A DNA stretch of 39,339 bases from a virus (lineage: Duplodnaviria; Caudoviricetes), in the IMG/VR virus record IMGVR_UViG_3300038393_001554, positions 1 through 39,339 of that record, one strand, 5' to 3'. Both the position numbers and the translations under genes were made by a program. Positions 1 through 8,437 of the stretch are shown one piece after another (position 1 is the stretch's first letter; each line of letters starts with the position of its first letter). The notes under the pieces were generated by a model, which was given only the letters and a program-made list of their open reading frames with translations, ran no database searches and was not told the origin of the DNA.

Positions 1-355
1 CCAGCTTGATGGCACCGAAGGCCGAGCCGAGAGCCGCAACCGCAGGGACCGCCAGGGCTGCCGCCGGGGCGATGGCCGCCACGACGTTGACCAGCGAGCC
101 CACGAGGGGCGCGGCGGAGCCGAGGAGGGCGACCTTGGAGGCCAGGCCTGCCACAGCTCCACCGGCCCCAGAGGCCGCCCCCGTGATGCGGGAGAACAGG
201 CCCTCCGCCTGGGCGGCCTGGGAGCCGTTGACGTTCGTGTGGATCGTCGCCGTGCGGTTCCGGGCGAGGTCGGCCAACCGGGCCGCTGCCGCCGTGGTGT
301 CCGCGTTGGCGTTGACCGTGACCGACCGAGGCCGGGTGAGGAGCGCCAGATCGTC
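1..355 (+). repeat. Terminal direct repeat with 38985-39339 (first 127 bp identical, remainder diverged)
   Basis: Direct base comparison at offset 38984; first mismatch at position 128. Confidence 0.95.
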
Positions 356-778
356 GGCCGCCACGCGGGTGTCCGCATCGGCGTTGATGGTGACCGTCCG
401 GGGCCTCGTGAGGACGTCCAGATCGGCCTGTACGGCCCGATAGGCGGACCGATCGATGACGGGGCGGATACGGACGTCCAGGGAGCCCTGGAGGCCGCGC
501 AGCTCCTCGGAGAGCCCGGCCTTCATGGCCTGGCCGTACCGCTTGCCGATTTGACGGCCCTTGTTGGCCGCCGACGCCTCCGCCACGTCCAGGGAGCGGC
601 GGAGGGCACTGTCGATCCCCGAGAAGTCGAGCGCCCGGGCCATCGACCGGGACAGGGACTGCCCCAGGTTCCGGCCCAGGCGATCGACCTGCGGGGTCAG
701 TGCGGCAGTGGCGCGGGAGGCGAAGTCCGAGACGTCGGGAACGATGCTTGCGACGACGGATCCGACGTTGGTGGACAT
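1..778 (-). CDS. Tape measure protein, N-terminal part (continues at 38984 across the circular junction; full length about 1824 aa)
   Basis: ATG at 778 after GGAG; MSTNVGSVVASIVPDVSDF...; open to position 1 and in frame with ORF 34288..39138 via the terminal overlap; follows the tail chaperones. Confidence 0.9.
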   Translation of the reverse strand, partial: MSTNVGSVVASIVPDVSDFASRATAALTPQVDRLGRNLGQSLSRSMARALDFSGIDSALRRSLDVAEASAANKGRQIGKRYGQAMKAGLSEELRGLQGSLDVRIRPVIDRSAYRAVQADLDVLTRPRTVTINADADTRVAADDLALLTRPRSVTVNANADTTAAAARLADLARNRTATIHTNVNGSQAAQAEGLFSRITGAASGAGGAVAGLASKVALLGSAAPLVGSLVNVVAAIAPAAALAVPAVAALGSAFGAIKL

Positions 779-1631
779 CGCTCCCCCTGTTCAGTTGTCT
801 GGGCCGGCTGGCCCTGTGCCGCGAGCCGGAGATGTTCCTCACGGGCCTGTGCGAGGCGCCGGGCGTACTCGGGATCCGGTGTGGCCCCGGGACGCGTCGC
901 CGCTCTGTACTGGGCCCAGCGGGCTGCCTCACGGGCCTTGCGGGCCTCGTCCTCGGCGAGCTGCTCGGGGGTGCGGAGGTCCGGCAGTGACCAGGGCACG
1001 AGCTTGGGTGGCTTGCCCTCCAGGTGTGCCGCCCACAGGACCTGGGTCATGTACTGCATGAGGCTCAGCGCGCTGGCCTGCATGTAGTGCATCTCGGTCC
1101 ACCGGCGCCGGGTGTGGTCTCCGGCCATGGAAGAGCGGGTCATCGAGTCGTACGGCAGCGCCTGGACGAACTCCCACAGCTCCAGCCACGACATCGAGCC
1201 GTCGCCGGACTCGTTGCGGTGGAACTCATTCAGGGACCGGCCGGGGAAGTACCTGGCGATGTCAGCCCGGAGTTCGGAGGGGTGCTCCTCGATCAGTTCG
1301 AGGAGCTGGTCGATTCCCCCGAGCCCACACCCATGTCGCCCTGGATCGCCTCCTGGATGTCCATGAAGTCACCCAGGGTGAGGCCCAGGTCGATGAGGCG
1401 GTCCACCTGCTCACGGCTGGAGATCAGCGCGAGCATGTCGGTGGCGTCGCTGTTCTCGTCCTTCTCCAGGGCTCGGATCTGCTTGACGAGCTTCATCGGC
1501 CACCAGGCCGCGCACGGGAAGATGAACTTCTCGTCATCCAGCTCGACTTCGATCTCCTTGGATCCCTGGGCCTCCAGGCGCTGGGCGCGGAGGGTCTCCA
1601 GGTTCAGGCGCTTGCGGTTCGGCTTGCTCAT
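697..1631 (-). CDS. Tail assembly chaperone, long form via -1 programmed frameshift
   Basis: G GGG GAA at 1320-1314; the -1 frame reads GIDQLLELIEEHPSELRADIARYFPG... into ORF 1194..697 (MSWLELWEFVQALP). Confidence 0.85.
1293..1631 (-). CDS. Tail assembly chaperone (short form, 112 aa)
   Basis: Between major tail and TMP; AGGAG RBS; slippery site near the C-terminus. Confidence 0.85.
   Translation of the reverse strand: MSKPNRKRLNLETLRAQRLEAQGSKEIEVELDDEKFIFPCAAWWPMKLVKQIRALEKDENSDATDMLALISSREQVDRLIDLGLTLGDFMDIQEAIQGDMGVGSGESTSSSN
1314..1320 (-). other. -1 ribosomal frameshift slippery site GGGGGAA
   Basis: ttccccc on + strand; frame arithmetic joins the two chaperone ORFs; motif typical of actinophage TAC genes. 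Confidence 0.85.
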
Positions 1632-1656
1632 GGTCGTGCTCCTGCTTCTCGCGGAT

Positions 1657-1714
1657 CTTCGCGGGTCAAAGCACTGGCCGGAGCGCAGACCCGCGAAGGA
1701 CGCTCCGGCCAGTG
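1657..1714 (-). promoter_or_regulatory. Hairpin or pseudoknot between major tail and TAC genes
   Basis: 14-bp perfect stem 1672-1685/1701-1714; loop 1688-1698 is complementary to 1657-1667. Confidence 0.6.
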
Positions 1715-1764
1715 GTCATGGGATGAATGCAGACGTCACCGCATAGGCGATGAACCACTGCACG

Positions 1765-2337
1765 TCAGGACGGCAGGGCGACCAGGCCGAACTGACGCGT
1801 GATCGAGCTGCCGCCGTTCGGGGCGGTCAGGGACGTGAAGGTCAGCTCGAAGGCCTGGTTGGTGTCCGACTTGTAGGCGCGGTCGGCCTTGTCGGTGACC
1901 TCGGCGCGGGCGACGATGATCCGCATCGGCTTGTCGTCATCGATGACGTCCATACCGAGCGCGTAGTACATCGGCTGCGGCGCCTGGGGCTCCGCGAAGG
2001 AGAGGAACTGGGAGGCGCCGGTACCCGAGGAGGTCATGTCGGCGATGTCCACGCCGTAGTAGAGCGCCAGCGTCCAGGCGCTGGTCTCCATGAAGGTGAT
2101 CTTGAACGTGGCGTCCCGGTCGGTCACCTGGGTGCGGACCGCACCGGTGCGGCCCCAGGCCTTGAACTGCTGGCGGTTCTCGTTGAGCGCCTCGGTCAGA
2201 CCGTCCTCGGAGACGTTGCCGAGGTCGATCCACCCGGTGCCCCAGGGCGAGTACGGGTCGGTCGGAGCGGTGGTGCCGACGGGAGCCACGTAGAACGCGC
2301 CCTTGACGCCGACCCTCACCTGAGTGTCGTCAGCCAT
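1765..2337 (-). CDS. Major tail (tube) protein
   Basis: MADDTQVRVGVKGAFYVAPVGT..P..GWIDLGNVSEDGLTE..KAWG, typical actinophage tail tube; AAGGAG RBS before ATG 2337. Confidence 0.9.
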   Translation of the reverse strand: MADDTQVRVGVKGAFYVAPVGTTAPTDPYSPWGTGWIDLGNVSEDGLTEALNENRQQFKAWGRTGAVRTQVTDRDATFKITFMETSAWTLALYYGVDIADMTSSGTGASQFLSFAEPQAPQPMYYALGMDVIDDDKPMRIIVARAEVTDKADRAYKSDTNQAFELTFTSLTAPNGGSSITRQFGLVALPS

Positions 2338-2439
2338 TGCTTCTCCTTGACTGGGTGACGCCTGGACGAAGATGGGCATGCTGGAGCCCCTCCGAACGGG
2401 CTGGGAATGGAGCCTGGAGAGGCCCAGGCGGATCGCGGG

Positions 2440-2865
2440 TCAGGCAGGTCGAACGCGGAGCCCGGCCGTGTAGCCGAGGCGCGTGACGTTGGAGTTGGGC
2501 TCCTCGGGACGGACAGCCGGCCCGGTCTCCTCCCAGGTGCGCAGCACGAAGCCGCCGTTCCTGGAGGTGCCCTGCATCTGTTCGACGGCGGCCCGGACTT
2601 GGGCCATCGCGTCGGTAGCCTCCACCCGGGAGGCGGCGTAGACGTCCAGGGAGACCCGGGCATCGTCGTGCACCCGGCGGCCCATGAAGGTCCCGGTGGT
2701 CCGGGTGCCGCCGATGCGGGTGACCTGGACGAAGGGCAGCGCCTCGGTGAAGGCGTCGCCCTCGGGCCTCACGGTGGAGGCCTCGTACTGGAGGACGTCC
2801 AGGATCTGGTTGATGACCATCTCCTCGACGTCCGGGAAGACCAGAGCGGTCAGTGGAGTGGTCAC
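2440..2865 (-). CDS. Tail terminator protein
   Basis: FPDVE..LPFVQVTRIGG..ARVSLDVYA pattern; immediately upstream of major tail. Confidence 0.75.
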   Translation of the reverse strand: MTTPLTALVFPDVEEMVINQILDVLQYEASTVRPEGDAFTEALPFVQVTRIGGTRTTGTFMGRRVHDDARVSLDVYAASRVEATDAMAQVRAAVEQMQGTSRNGGFVLRTWEETGPAVRPEEPNSNVTRLGYTAGLRVRPA

Positions 2866-2874
2866 CGCGGCCTC

Positions 2875-3111
2875 CTACTCGGCCTTGGCCTCCGGGGCCT
2901 TCGCGGCCTTGGAAGGCTTCGCAGGGGCCTCAGGAGCCTTCTGGACGGGCTGGGCGACCTCGGGGAGCCTGCCGAACCGGAGAACCGGCTCAGCGCCCTC
3001 CAGGTGGCCGATCCCGGCCATCACGAGTTCCTTCACGTCCTCGTCCGGCACGTCCACGACGTCGCCGGGCTGACGGCCCTTGTGGGCGAAGGCGAGCTTC
3101 AGCTTGGCCAT
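2875..3111 (-). CDS. Small head-tail region protein (78 aa)
   Basis: PGDVVDVPDE..ELV..G pattern with a Lys/Ala/Pro tail; tightly packed in the operon. Confidence 0.65.
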   Translation of the reverse strand: MAKLKLAFAHKGRQPGDVVDVPDEDVKELVMAGIGHLEGAEPVLRFGRLPEVAQPVQKAPEAPAKPSKAAKAPEAKAE

Positions 3112-3113
3112 GG

Positions 3114-3398
3114 TCAGTTCCTTGCTGCATCGAGTGCGTTGGCGATGGTGTGGTGGGCGGGTCGGTCTCTCGTCCCCAGCTCGACCACTGCCGCGTAGTC
3201 GACGTTCGAGACGATCAGGACCGATCCGTCAGGGCCGTCCTCGGCATGGATCGAGTCCCGGTACCGCCCGGTCTCCACAGGCGCGTTGGCCTTGGCGACC
3301 TCCACCACACGGGCGGCGCGCTCGTGCAGGTCGGCCTGGACGAACTCCTCATGGACCAGGGCCGCGATGGCCGCGTGGTCGGGTCTGAAGCCGCCCAT
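3114..3398 (-). CDS. HK97 gp10-like neck/tail completion protein
   Basis: AKANAPVETGRYRDSI...YAAVVELGT motif; start overlaps the upstream stop (TGATG). Confidence 0.85.
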   Translation of the reverse strand: MGGFRPDHAAIAALVHEEFVQADLHERAARVVEVAKANAPVETGRYRDSIHAEDGPDGSVLIVSNVDYAAVVELGTRDRPAHHTIANALDAARN

Positions 3399-3739
3399 CA
3401 GCCGGTCACCTGCTTGAGGGTCAGCCGCTGGTACGCGAGCGCCTTCAGGGGCCCGTGCCCGGTGTAGACGTCGGGCTTGCCGTCGACCTCGTACGTGACG
3501 CCGTCGATCTCGGCCCGGTCGTACTCCGTGACGACCGCTGACGGCGGCAGGAAGCAGTCCAGCGTGGTGATGACCTGATCGTCCTGCTGGACCGTCTCCG
3601 AGCTGCTCAGCGGCTCCACACGGCCCTCGTAGGAGGTCCGGGTGGCCGTCGACCAGTCCACGACCCGGTTGTTCTGGCGGTCCCTCGTGGGAGCTGGCCG
3701 GCTCAGGATCGTGACCGTGTGCGTGGGGAGGAGCAGCAC
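3398..3739 (-). CDS. Head-to-tail stopper (head closure) protein
   Basis: HTVTILSRP..DRQNN..DWS..DRAEIDGVTYEVDGKP; synteny. Confidence 0.75.
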   Translation of the reverse strand: MLLLPTHTVTILSRPAPTRDRQNNRVVDWSTATRTSYEGRVEPLSSSETVQQDDQVITTLDCFLPPSAVVTEYDRAEIDGVTYEVDGKPDVYTGHGPLKALAYQRLTLKQVTG

Positions 3740-3742
3740 GGC

Positions 3743-4132
3743 TCACCCCCAGGTGTACGGGTACACCGGCCAGAGGCCCTTGGTCTGGAGCAGGGCCACC
3801 AGGTCCGGGGAGACCCGTGGAGTACCGCTGCCGACGACCGAGATAGCCCGGACGATCTGCTGGTTGCCCAGGGACATCTGGGAGACGTTGGCCATGGCCC
3901 CCGTCTCGTCCCCGAGGGAGTCGATGTACTGGGCCTGGATGCAAACGGCCTCCCGGAACACCGCCGCGAGGGCAGGGTCCAGAGGGAGGCCGTCGGCGTC
4001 GGTCTCGTACACCGCGCCCATCAGGAGCTGATCGAGCTTCGTGGAAGCCCGGTCCAGGAGCCGCTGGGCGTTGGCGGGGACGGGGTCCGGATCGAGGAAC
4101 GCGGTGAACTCCCCGACAGTGGCGTACGCCAT
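3743..4132 (-). CDS. Head-to-tail adaptor (connector)
   Basis: MAYATVGEF..P.NAQRLLDRAS..D; GGAGG RBS; synteny after capsid genes. Confidence 0.8.
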   Translation of the reverse strand: MAYATVGEFTAFLDPDPVPANAQRLLDRASTKLDQLLMGAVYETDADGLPLDPALAAVFREAVCIQAQYIDSLGDETGAMANVSQMSLGNQQIVRAISVVGSGTPRVSPDLVALLQTKGLWPVYPYTWG

Positions 4133-4148
4133 GGACGCCTCCTCCGGC

Positions 4149-4484
4149 TCAGAGCGACAGGCAGGCGACGGTGACGCTCGTGACCGCCGAGAAGTCCACG
4201 AACACGGTGTCCGTGCCGTCGGGCTGCTCGTAGTTGTCGTTGAACGGGCCGAAGAACTTCTCGGCACCGGCGGCCACCGTGGCGGTGGGAGAGGTGACGG
4301 TCTGGCCCTCCACCGTCTTGCCGATCTTCAGCGTGACGGTGATCGAGGAGGCCGAGCCGTTCTTGACGTGGAGCACCTGCTTGCCGCTGGAGCGGAGGGA
4401 GACCCCCGCTGCGTCCGGCGCCACGTAGGTTGCGGTCAGGCCAGTGGTGGCGAACCGCTGCGGGGTGAGGGCGGTACGCGCCAT
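4149..4484 (-). CDS. Putative capsid decoration protein B (111 aa), paralogue of 4733-5110
   Basis: MARTALTPQ..; beta-rich; shares V.N..S.TVT.K, TATVAA and GP..Q..G..D with 4733-5110. Confidence 0.55.
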   Translation of the reverse strand: MARTALTPQRFATTGLTATYVAPDAAGVSLRSSGKQVLHVKNGSASSITVTLKIGKTVEGQTVTSPTATVAAGAEKFFGPFNDNYEQPDGTDTVFVDFSAVTSVTVACLSL

Positions 4485-4729
4485 CAGTTCTTCTCCTCGG
4501 TCTTGGCCGGGGCCTTGGGAGCCCGCTTGCCACCGGAATCCTTGGTGGCCGGCTCGGGCTTGGTCACCTCGTCCAGGTCGGTCCACCCGGCGGACGCGAG
4601 GGGCGTCCCGTCCTGGTTGACGAGGACGAGCCGTCCCTCCTCGTGCGCTCGGGCGTGCTGGTCACTGAGCGGGAGGTCCATCTCCCACACGTGGCCGCCC
4701 TCACCCTTGAAGTACGCGGTCTCGGCCAT
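4484..4729 (-). CDS. Hypothetical head-region protein (81 aa)
   Basis: Operon-packed ORF with high GC3; stop overlaps the next start. Confidence 0.7.
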   Translation of the reverse strand: MAETAYFKGEGGHVWEMDLPLSDQHARAHEEGRLVLVNQDGTPLASAGWTDLDEVTKPEPATKDSGGKRAPKAPAKTEEKN

Positions 4730-4732
4730 GGA

Positions 4733-5110
4733 TCAGACCCCTCGCGGGACCTTGAAGGCCGTGATCTTGCCCGCGTGACCCGTCTCGATGTCGATGTACA
4801 GGTTGCCGCCCGCCTGCTGGAAGCGGGAGCTGGACACCGGACCGATCCAGGTGACGCCGGTGTTGGCCGCCACGGTCGCGGTCAGGTCGCCCTGGCCTCC
4901 GCGCCAGGCCGGAGGGTTGGCCCCGCCCGCCTTGACCGTGACGGTGTGGGAAGCGGTGTCGGTGTTGGTGACGCGGATCAGCAGCTCCTCGGAGTGGACC
5001 GTGGAGAGGCTGATGATGTGGTCGTTGGTGGCGTCCAGGGTCGTCCCGGCGGGGTCCGCCAGGGAGCCGTTGCCCACCAGGTTCGAGATAGGCACAGAGG
5101 TGCGCGCCAT
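4733..5110 (-). CDS. Putative capsid decoration protein A (125 aa)
   Basis: Directly downstream of MCP; small, beta/Thr-rich; GAGG RBS. Confidence 0.6.
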   Translation of the reverse strand: MARTSVPISNLVGNGSLADPAGTTLDATNDHIISLSTVHSEELLIRVTNTDTASHTVTVKAGGANPPAWRGGQGDLTATVAANTGVTWIGPVSSSRFQQAGGNLYIDIETGHAGKITAFKVPRGV

Positions 5111-5133
5111 GGTGATTACCTCTCAGAGATTCG

Positions 5134-5961
5134 TCAGGACTTGGAGGCGGTCAGCACGGCCATCGCGTCCGGCCGGAGGACCTTGGCGCCGTACAGGTGC
5201 AGGCCACGCACGGCGGTGGCGAAGGTGGTCTCCAGGCGCAGAGTCTCGACCTGGGAGAACTGGTCGGCGAAGGAGATCGCGTCCTTGACGCCCGCCGTCA
5301 CCGCGTAGTCGTCGCCGCTGATGAGCGGGACGTTGTTGCTCTTGAGGACCACCATGTTGTCGACCGTGCCGACCACACCGTTGCGCAGGCCCTGCGAGCC
5401 GCCCGAGGCGTCCACCCGGACGAACTTGTCGTTGGTGAGCAGCAGGCCGTAGTACCACGGCGGGACGATGACGTAGCGGCCGATGTCCGGGACGTTGGCC
5501 TCGTCCAGCTTGACGCCGAGGCTGATCAGGCCGTTGTACGCCTTGTCGCCGTCGGTGATGGCGGTGGCGCTGATCACGTTCGCGGACTGCACCTGGGTGT
5601 AGAACCCGGCGATGTACTGGTCGACCTTCGAGGCCATGTTGTACGCGGCGACGTCCATGCGCTGGGCCATCTCGTCGCCCGCCTGCGCCTTGTCGATGTC
5701 ATCGACCTTGAAGGAGAACTTGTCCGACTGGTCCACCTTCAGGGTGGCCTCGGCGTCAGCGACGTCCTCGTACGTGAGGGTGTCACCGGAGTTGTAGGTG
5801 CTGACCGTGACGTCGCCGACCATCTTGATGTGGACGGTGTCGCCGATCTTCTTGATCTCGCCCTCGTAGTCGTGGTTCACGACCTGCGGGCCCGCGTAGA
5901 CCAGGGCCTTGCGGAGGGAGGTCAGGGCCTGAGCGGCCCAGACTTCGGGCTTGAAAGCCAT
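5134..5961 (-). CDS. Major capsid protein (P22 coat-like family, 275 aa)
   Basis: MAFKPEVWA..L..LRK..VNHDYEGEI..GDTVHI..LDEANVP..GRY..VRGLHLYGAKVLRP. Confidence 0.92.
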   Translation of the reverse strand: MAFKPEVWAAQALTSLRKALVYAGPQVVNHDYEGEIKKIGDTVHIKMVGDVTVSTYNSGDTLTYEDVADAEATLKVDQSDKFSFKVDDIDKAQAGDEMAQRMDVAAYNMASKVDQYIAGFYTQVQSANVISATAITDGDKAYNGLISLGVKLDEANVPDIGRYVIVPPWYYGLLLTNDKFVRVDASGGSQGLRNGVVGTVDNMVVLKSNNVPLISGDDYAVTAGVKDAISFADQFSQVETLRLETTFATAVRGLHLYGAKVLRPDAMAVLTASKS

Positions 5962-6067
5962 GGGGACTCCAGGATGTCTGGGTGGGATTGGACCCGGCGC
6001 TATGCCGGGGAAGTGACGAGGCCGGGTCCGTCAGGTCCGCTCGGGCCTGCACGTGTGCTTCGTCGGG

Positions 6068-6787
6068 TCAGGAGGCGAGGTAGTCCCTCAACAGGCCCTC
6101 CTCGCGGGCCTTGACCAGCTCGGCCTGGCCTGCTGCCGTCTTCGAGAGGCGCTCTACGTCGGCTGCGGTGAGCTGGCGCTTGCCGGGGCTCCCGTTGTTC
6201 ATGTCGAAGCCGCCCTTGGCGGGCGTCTGCTGAGCCGGCTGGGCCTTCAGGCGGGGGTTCGCCTCGACGGCCTTCTTGATGGCCGCCTCGACGTTGGCCT
6301 CGAAGGTGTCGGCCGTCGGGTCGAGCTTGCCGATCGCCCTGGCGAAGGAGGCGGAGTCGAGCAGGGCCTCCGGGTCGCCGCCGTGCTGCCCGGCCGTCTG
6401 GAACACCGCGAGCTTCACGGTGGCCTCGCGGGCCTTCTGGTCGGACTCGGTGGCCTTCTGGGCGATCTCCTCGGGGGTGAGCTTCTTCTCCTCACCGGCG
6501 CCGAAGAGCTGGCCGAACTTGCCCATGAACTCGGAGAACTGGGTCTCCAGGGCAGTCCGCTTGGTCTTCTCCTCGTCCACCTGGGTGCGGAGGTTCTCGA
6601 CCAGGCGCGCGGCCTTGGCGGGGTCGAACTCGCCCTCGAACTTCGGGGCCTTGCCGGTACCGCCCTCGCCCTGGCCCTGTGCGCCCGTCTGCTGGCCGCT
6701 CTGGGGCTCGGTCGGGTTCTGGGACTCCGGGGCCTTGCCCGGGTCTCCTGCGCCCTGCTGGGGGTTCGGCTCGGTGGGGGTGCTCAT
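6068..6787 (-). CDS. Capsid scaffolding protein
   Basis: Pro/Gln/Gly N-terminus, FEGEFDP.KA.RLVENLR, coiled coil, DPEALLDS.SF; upstream of MCP; AGGAGG RBS before ATG 6787. Confidence 0.85.
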   Translation of the reverse strand: MSTPTEPNPQQGAGDPGKAPESQNPTEPQSGQQTGAQGQGEGGTGKAPKFEGEFDPAKAARLVENLRTQVDEEKTKRTALETQFSEFMGKFGQLFGAGEEKKLTPEEIAQKATESDQKAREATVKLAVFQTAGQHGGDPEALLDSASFARAIGKLDPTADTFEANVEAAIKKAVEANPRLKAQPAQQTPAKGGFDMNNGSPGKRQLTAADVERLSKTAAGQAELVKAREEGLLRDYLAS

Positions 6788-6850
6788 GACGTCGTCCTCC
6801 TTGTGACGCTCGCCGAAGGGCCGGGCCACCTCTTGGCGGCCTGGCGTGGG

Positions 6851-8410
6851 TTACTGCTGGGGGATGACCGGCTGGTCCTGGGCGGGCCTTGCCGCCGGGG
6901 CCTTGTCCGGCCGTTCGGCCAAGATGCGGTCGGTCTCGGCCTGCACCTCGGCCTTGGTCCATGTCGGATGCAGGGTCTGCACCCGCAGGAAGATGGACAT
7001 CGCCTCGGCGGTCGCGAGCAGGGAGAGCGTCTGCGCCTGCTCCTGCATGGACGGCTGGACGGCGACGGGGAACGCCACGTCGATCCCGGCCTCCGGGTTG
7101 GACCGGTGACCGAAGACCTCGCGGTCGATGCCCAGGAGGGCTTGGAAGAGCCCCTGGAGGGCCGGACGCCAGTACAGGATCTTCTGGGCCCGGGTGTTGA
7201 GGCTCTGCTCCTTGCGGGCCTGGACCTCCGTCGCGGTCACGGCCGCCACGTCGCCCTTGCCGCCGAAGCTCTGCACCGAGTAGCCCGCGCTGGAGACGAT
7301 CTGCTCGAACAGCGTCTCCGCCGTGGCCTGGTGCTCGGCCACCCGGATGTTGAACTGGTTCAGGGTGATGCCCGAGGAGTTCGGGTCGGTGAGCATGCCC
7401 TCCATGCCCACGAACGCCTCGCGCTCCAGGTCGAGCCGGGCGCCCTTGCCGGGTCCCTCGGTCTCCAGCATCGAGCTGGGGACGATGATCCGGCTCTTGC
7501 CGAGGCGGATGTCCCGCATCCAGCTCGTGTACGTCTCGTCCAGTGCGTCCATGAGCAGCTCGATGCCGGACAGGTCCGAGCGGCCGAAGTTCGTCGCACA
7601 GCGGATGCCCCGCCAGACCCGGTTGGGCTTGACGTTGGGCACGTAGGCCGCCGTCAGCCACGGCAGCCCGGTGAGCATCACGCCCGACTCGCCGTAGAGC
7701 TGCGCGAGTGGCTGGGTGCCCTCGAACGAGGACAGCGGGATCCGGTCTCCCAGCTCGGTCGGCGTGCCCTCGTACAGGCCGTAGGTGATCGAGCCGATCT
7801 CGTGGCACTCCAGGAGCCGGATCGTGGAGTCGTCGTCCTGGTGGAGGCAGGTCCAGAAGGTCACGCCCAGCAGGCGGTCCCAGGACCACGTGGGGACGGC
7901 GTGCTCCGGCGGCTCCGGGCAGAGCCAGGGGCGGTCCGAGAGCGTCTGGTCCCAGACGACCTTCAGGTACACGCCTCCGAGGGCCGCAGCGAGTTCCGCG
8001 GCCTCCCTCAGGGACGCGTGCATGCCGTCCGTCTGGAAGGCGTCCAGCTCCTTCTGGGTGGCGCTGTCGGTCGCCGTGAACTTCGGCATCTCCCCGAAGA
8101 GCAGGTTGGCGCTCAGCTCGGCGATGTCCGAGGCGACGGGGACGTGGAGCTTGGTCCGTACGGTCCCCGGCGTGAGCGGCTGGCCCCAGAAGGTCCTGGC
8201 GACCGTGGTCGGGCCCGAGGCGCCGTACGGCTTGTCGCTCTGGAAGAAGGTCTGGGACAGGGGCGTGGTCGCTGAGCCGGCGAGGCTGTAGACCGACACC
8301 AGGGCGTCTCCGTCGCCGCTGTACCAGGCGCTCCACTCGGTGAGTTTCTTGGCCACCGGATGCAGCTCCGGGGGCGGCCAGGCCGTATCTCCACCAGCAG
8401 GCAGAGGCAT
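6851..8410 (-). CDS. Portal protein (SPP1 gp6/A118-like)
   Basis: 519 aa directly after terL; WSAWYSGD, LHVPVASDI, GRSD..ALDETYTSWMRDIRLGK, TATEV. Confidence 0.92.
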   Translation of the reverse strand: MPLPAGGDTAWPPPELHPVAKKLTEWSAWYSGDGDALVSVYSLAGSATTPLSQTFFQSDKPYGASGPTTVARTFWGQPLTPGTVRTKLHVPVASDIAELSANLLFGEMPKFTATDSATQKELDAFQTDGMHASLREAAELAAALGGVYLKVVWDQTLSDRPWLCPEPPEHAVPTWSWDRLLGVTFWTCLHQDDDSTIRLLECHEIGSITYGLYEGTPTELGDRIPLSSFEGTQPLAQLYGESGVMLTGLPWLTAAYVPNVKPNRVWRGIRCATNFGRSDLSGIELLMDALDETYTSWMRDIRLGKSRIIVPSSMLETEGPGKGARLDLEREAFVGMEGMLTDPNSSGITLNQFNIRVAEHQATAETLFEQIVSSAGYSVQSFGGKGDVAAVTATEVQARKEQSLNTRAQKILYWRPALQGLFQALLGIDREVFGHRSNPEAGIDVAFPVAVQPSMQEQAQTLSLLATAEAMSIFLRVQTLHPTWTKAEVQAETDRILAERPDKAPAARPAQDQPVIPQQ

Positions 8411-8437
8411 CGGATCACCTCCGCTGTGCTGTTGTCG

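Noticed and set aside
1-355. Diversity-generating retroelement (TR/VR pair) from the diverged terminal repeat
   Set aside because: Substitutions are not adenine-specific and are mostly synonymous; no reverse transcriptase is present; the identical block equals a typical k-mer size
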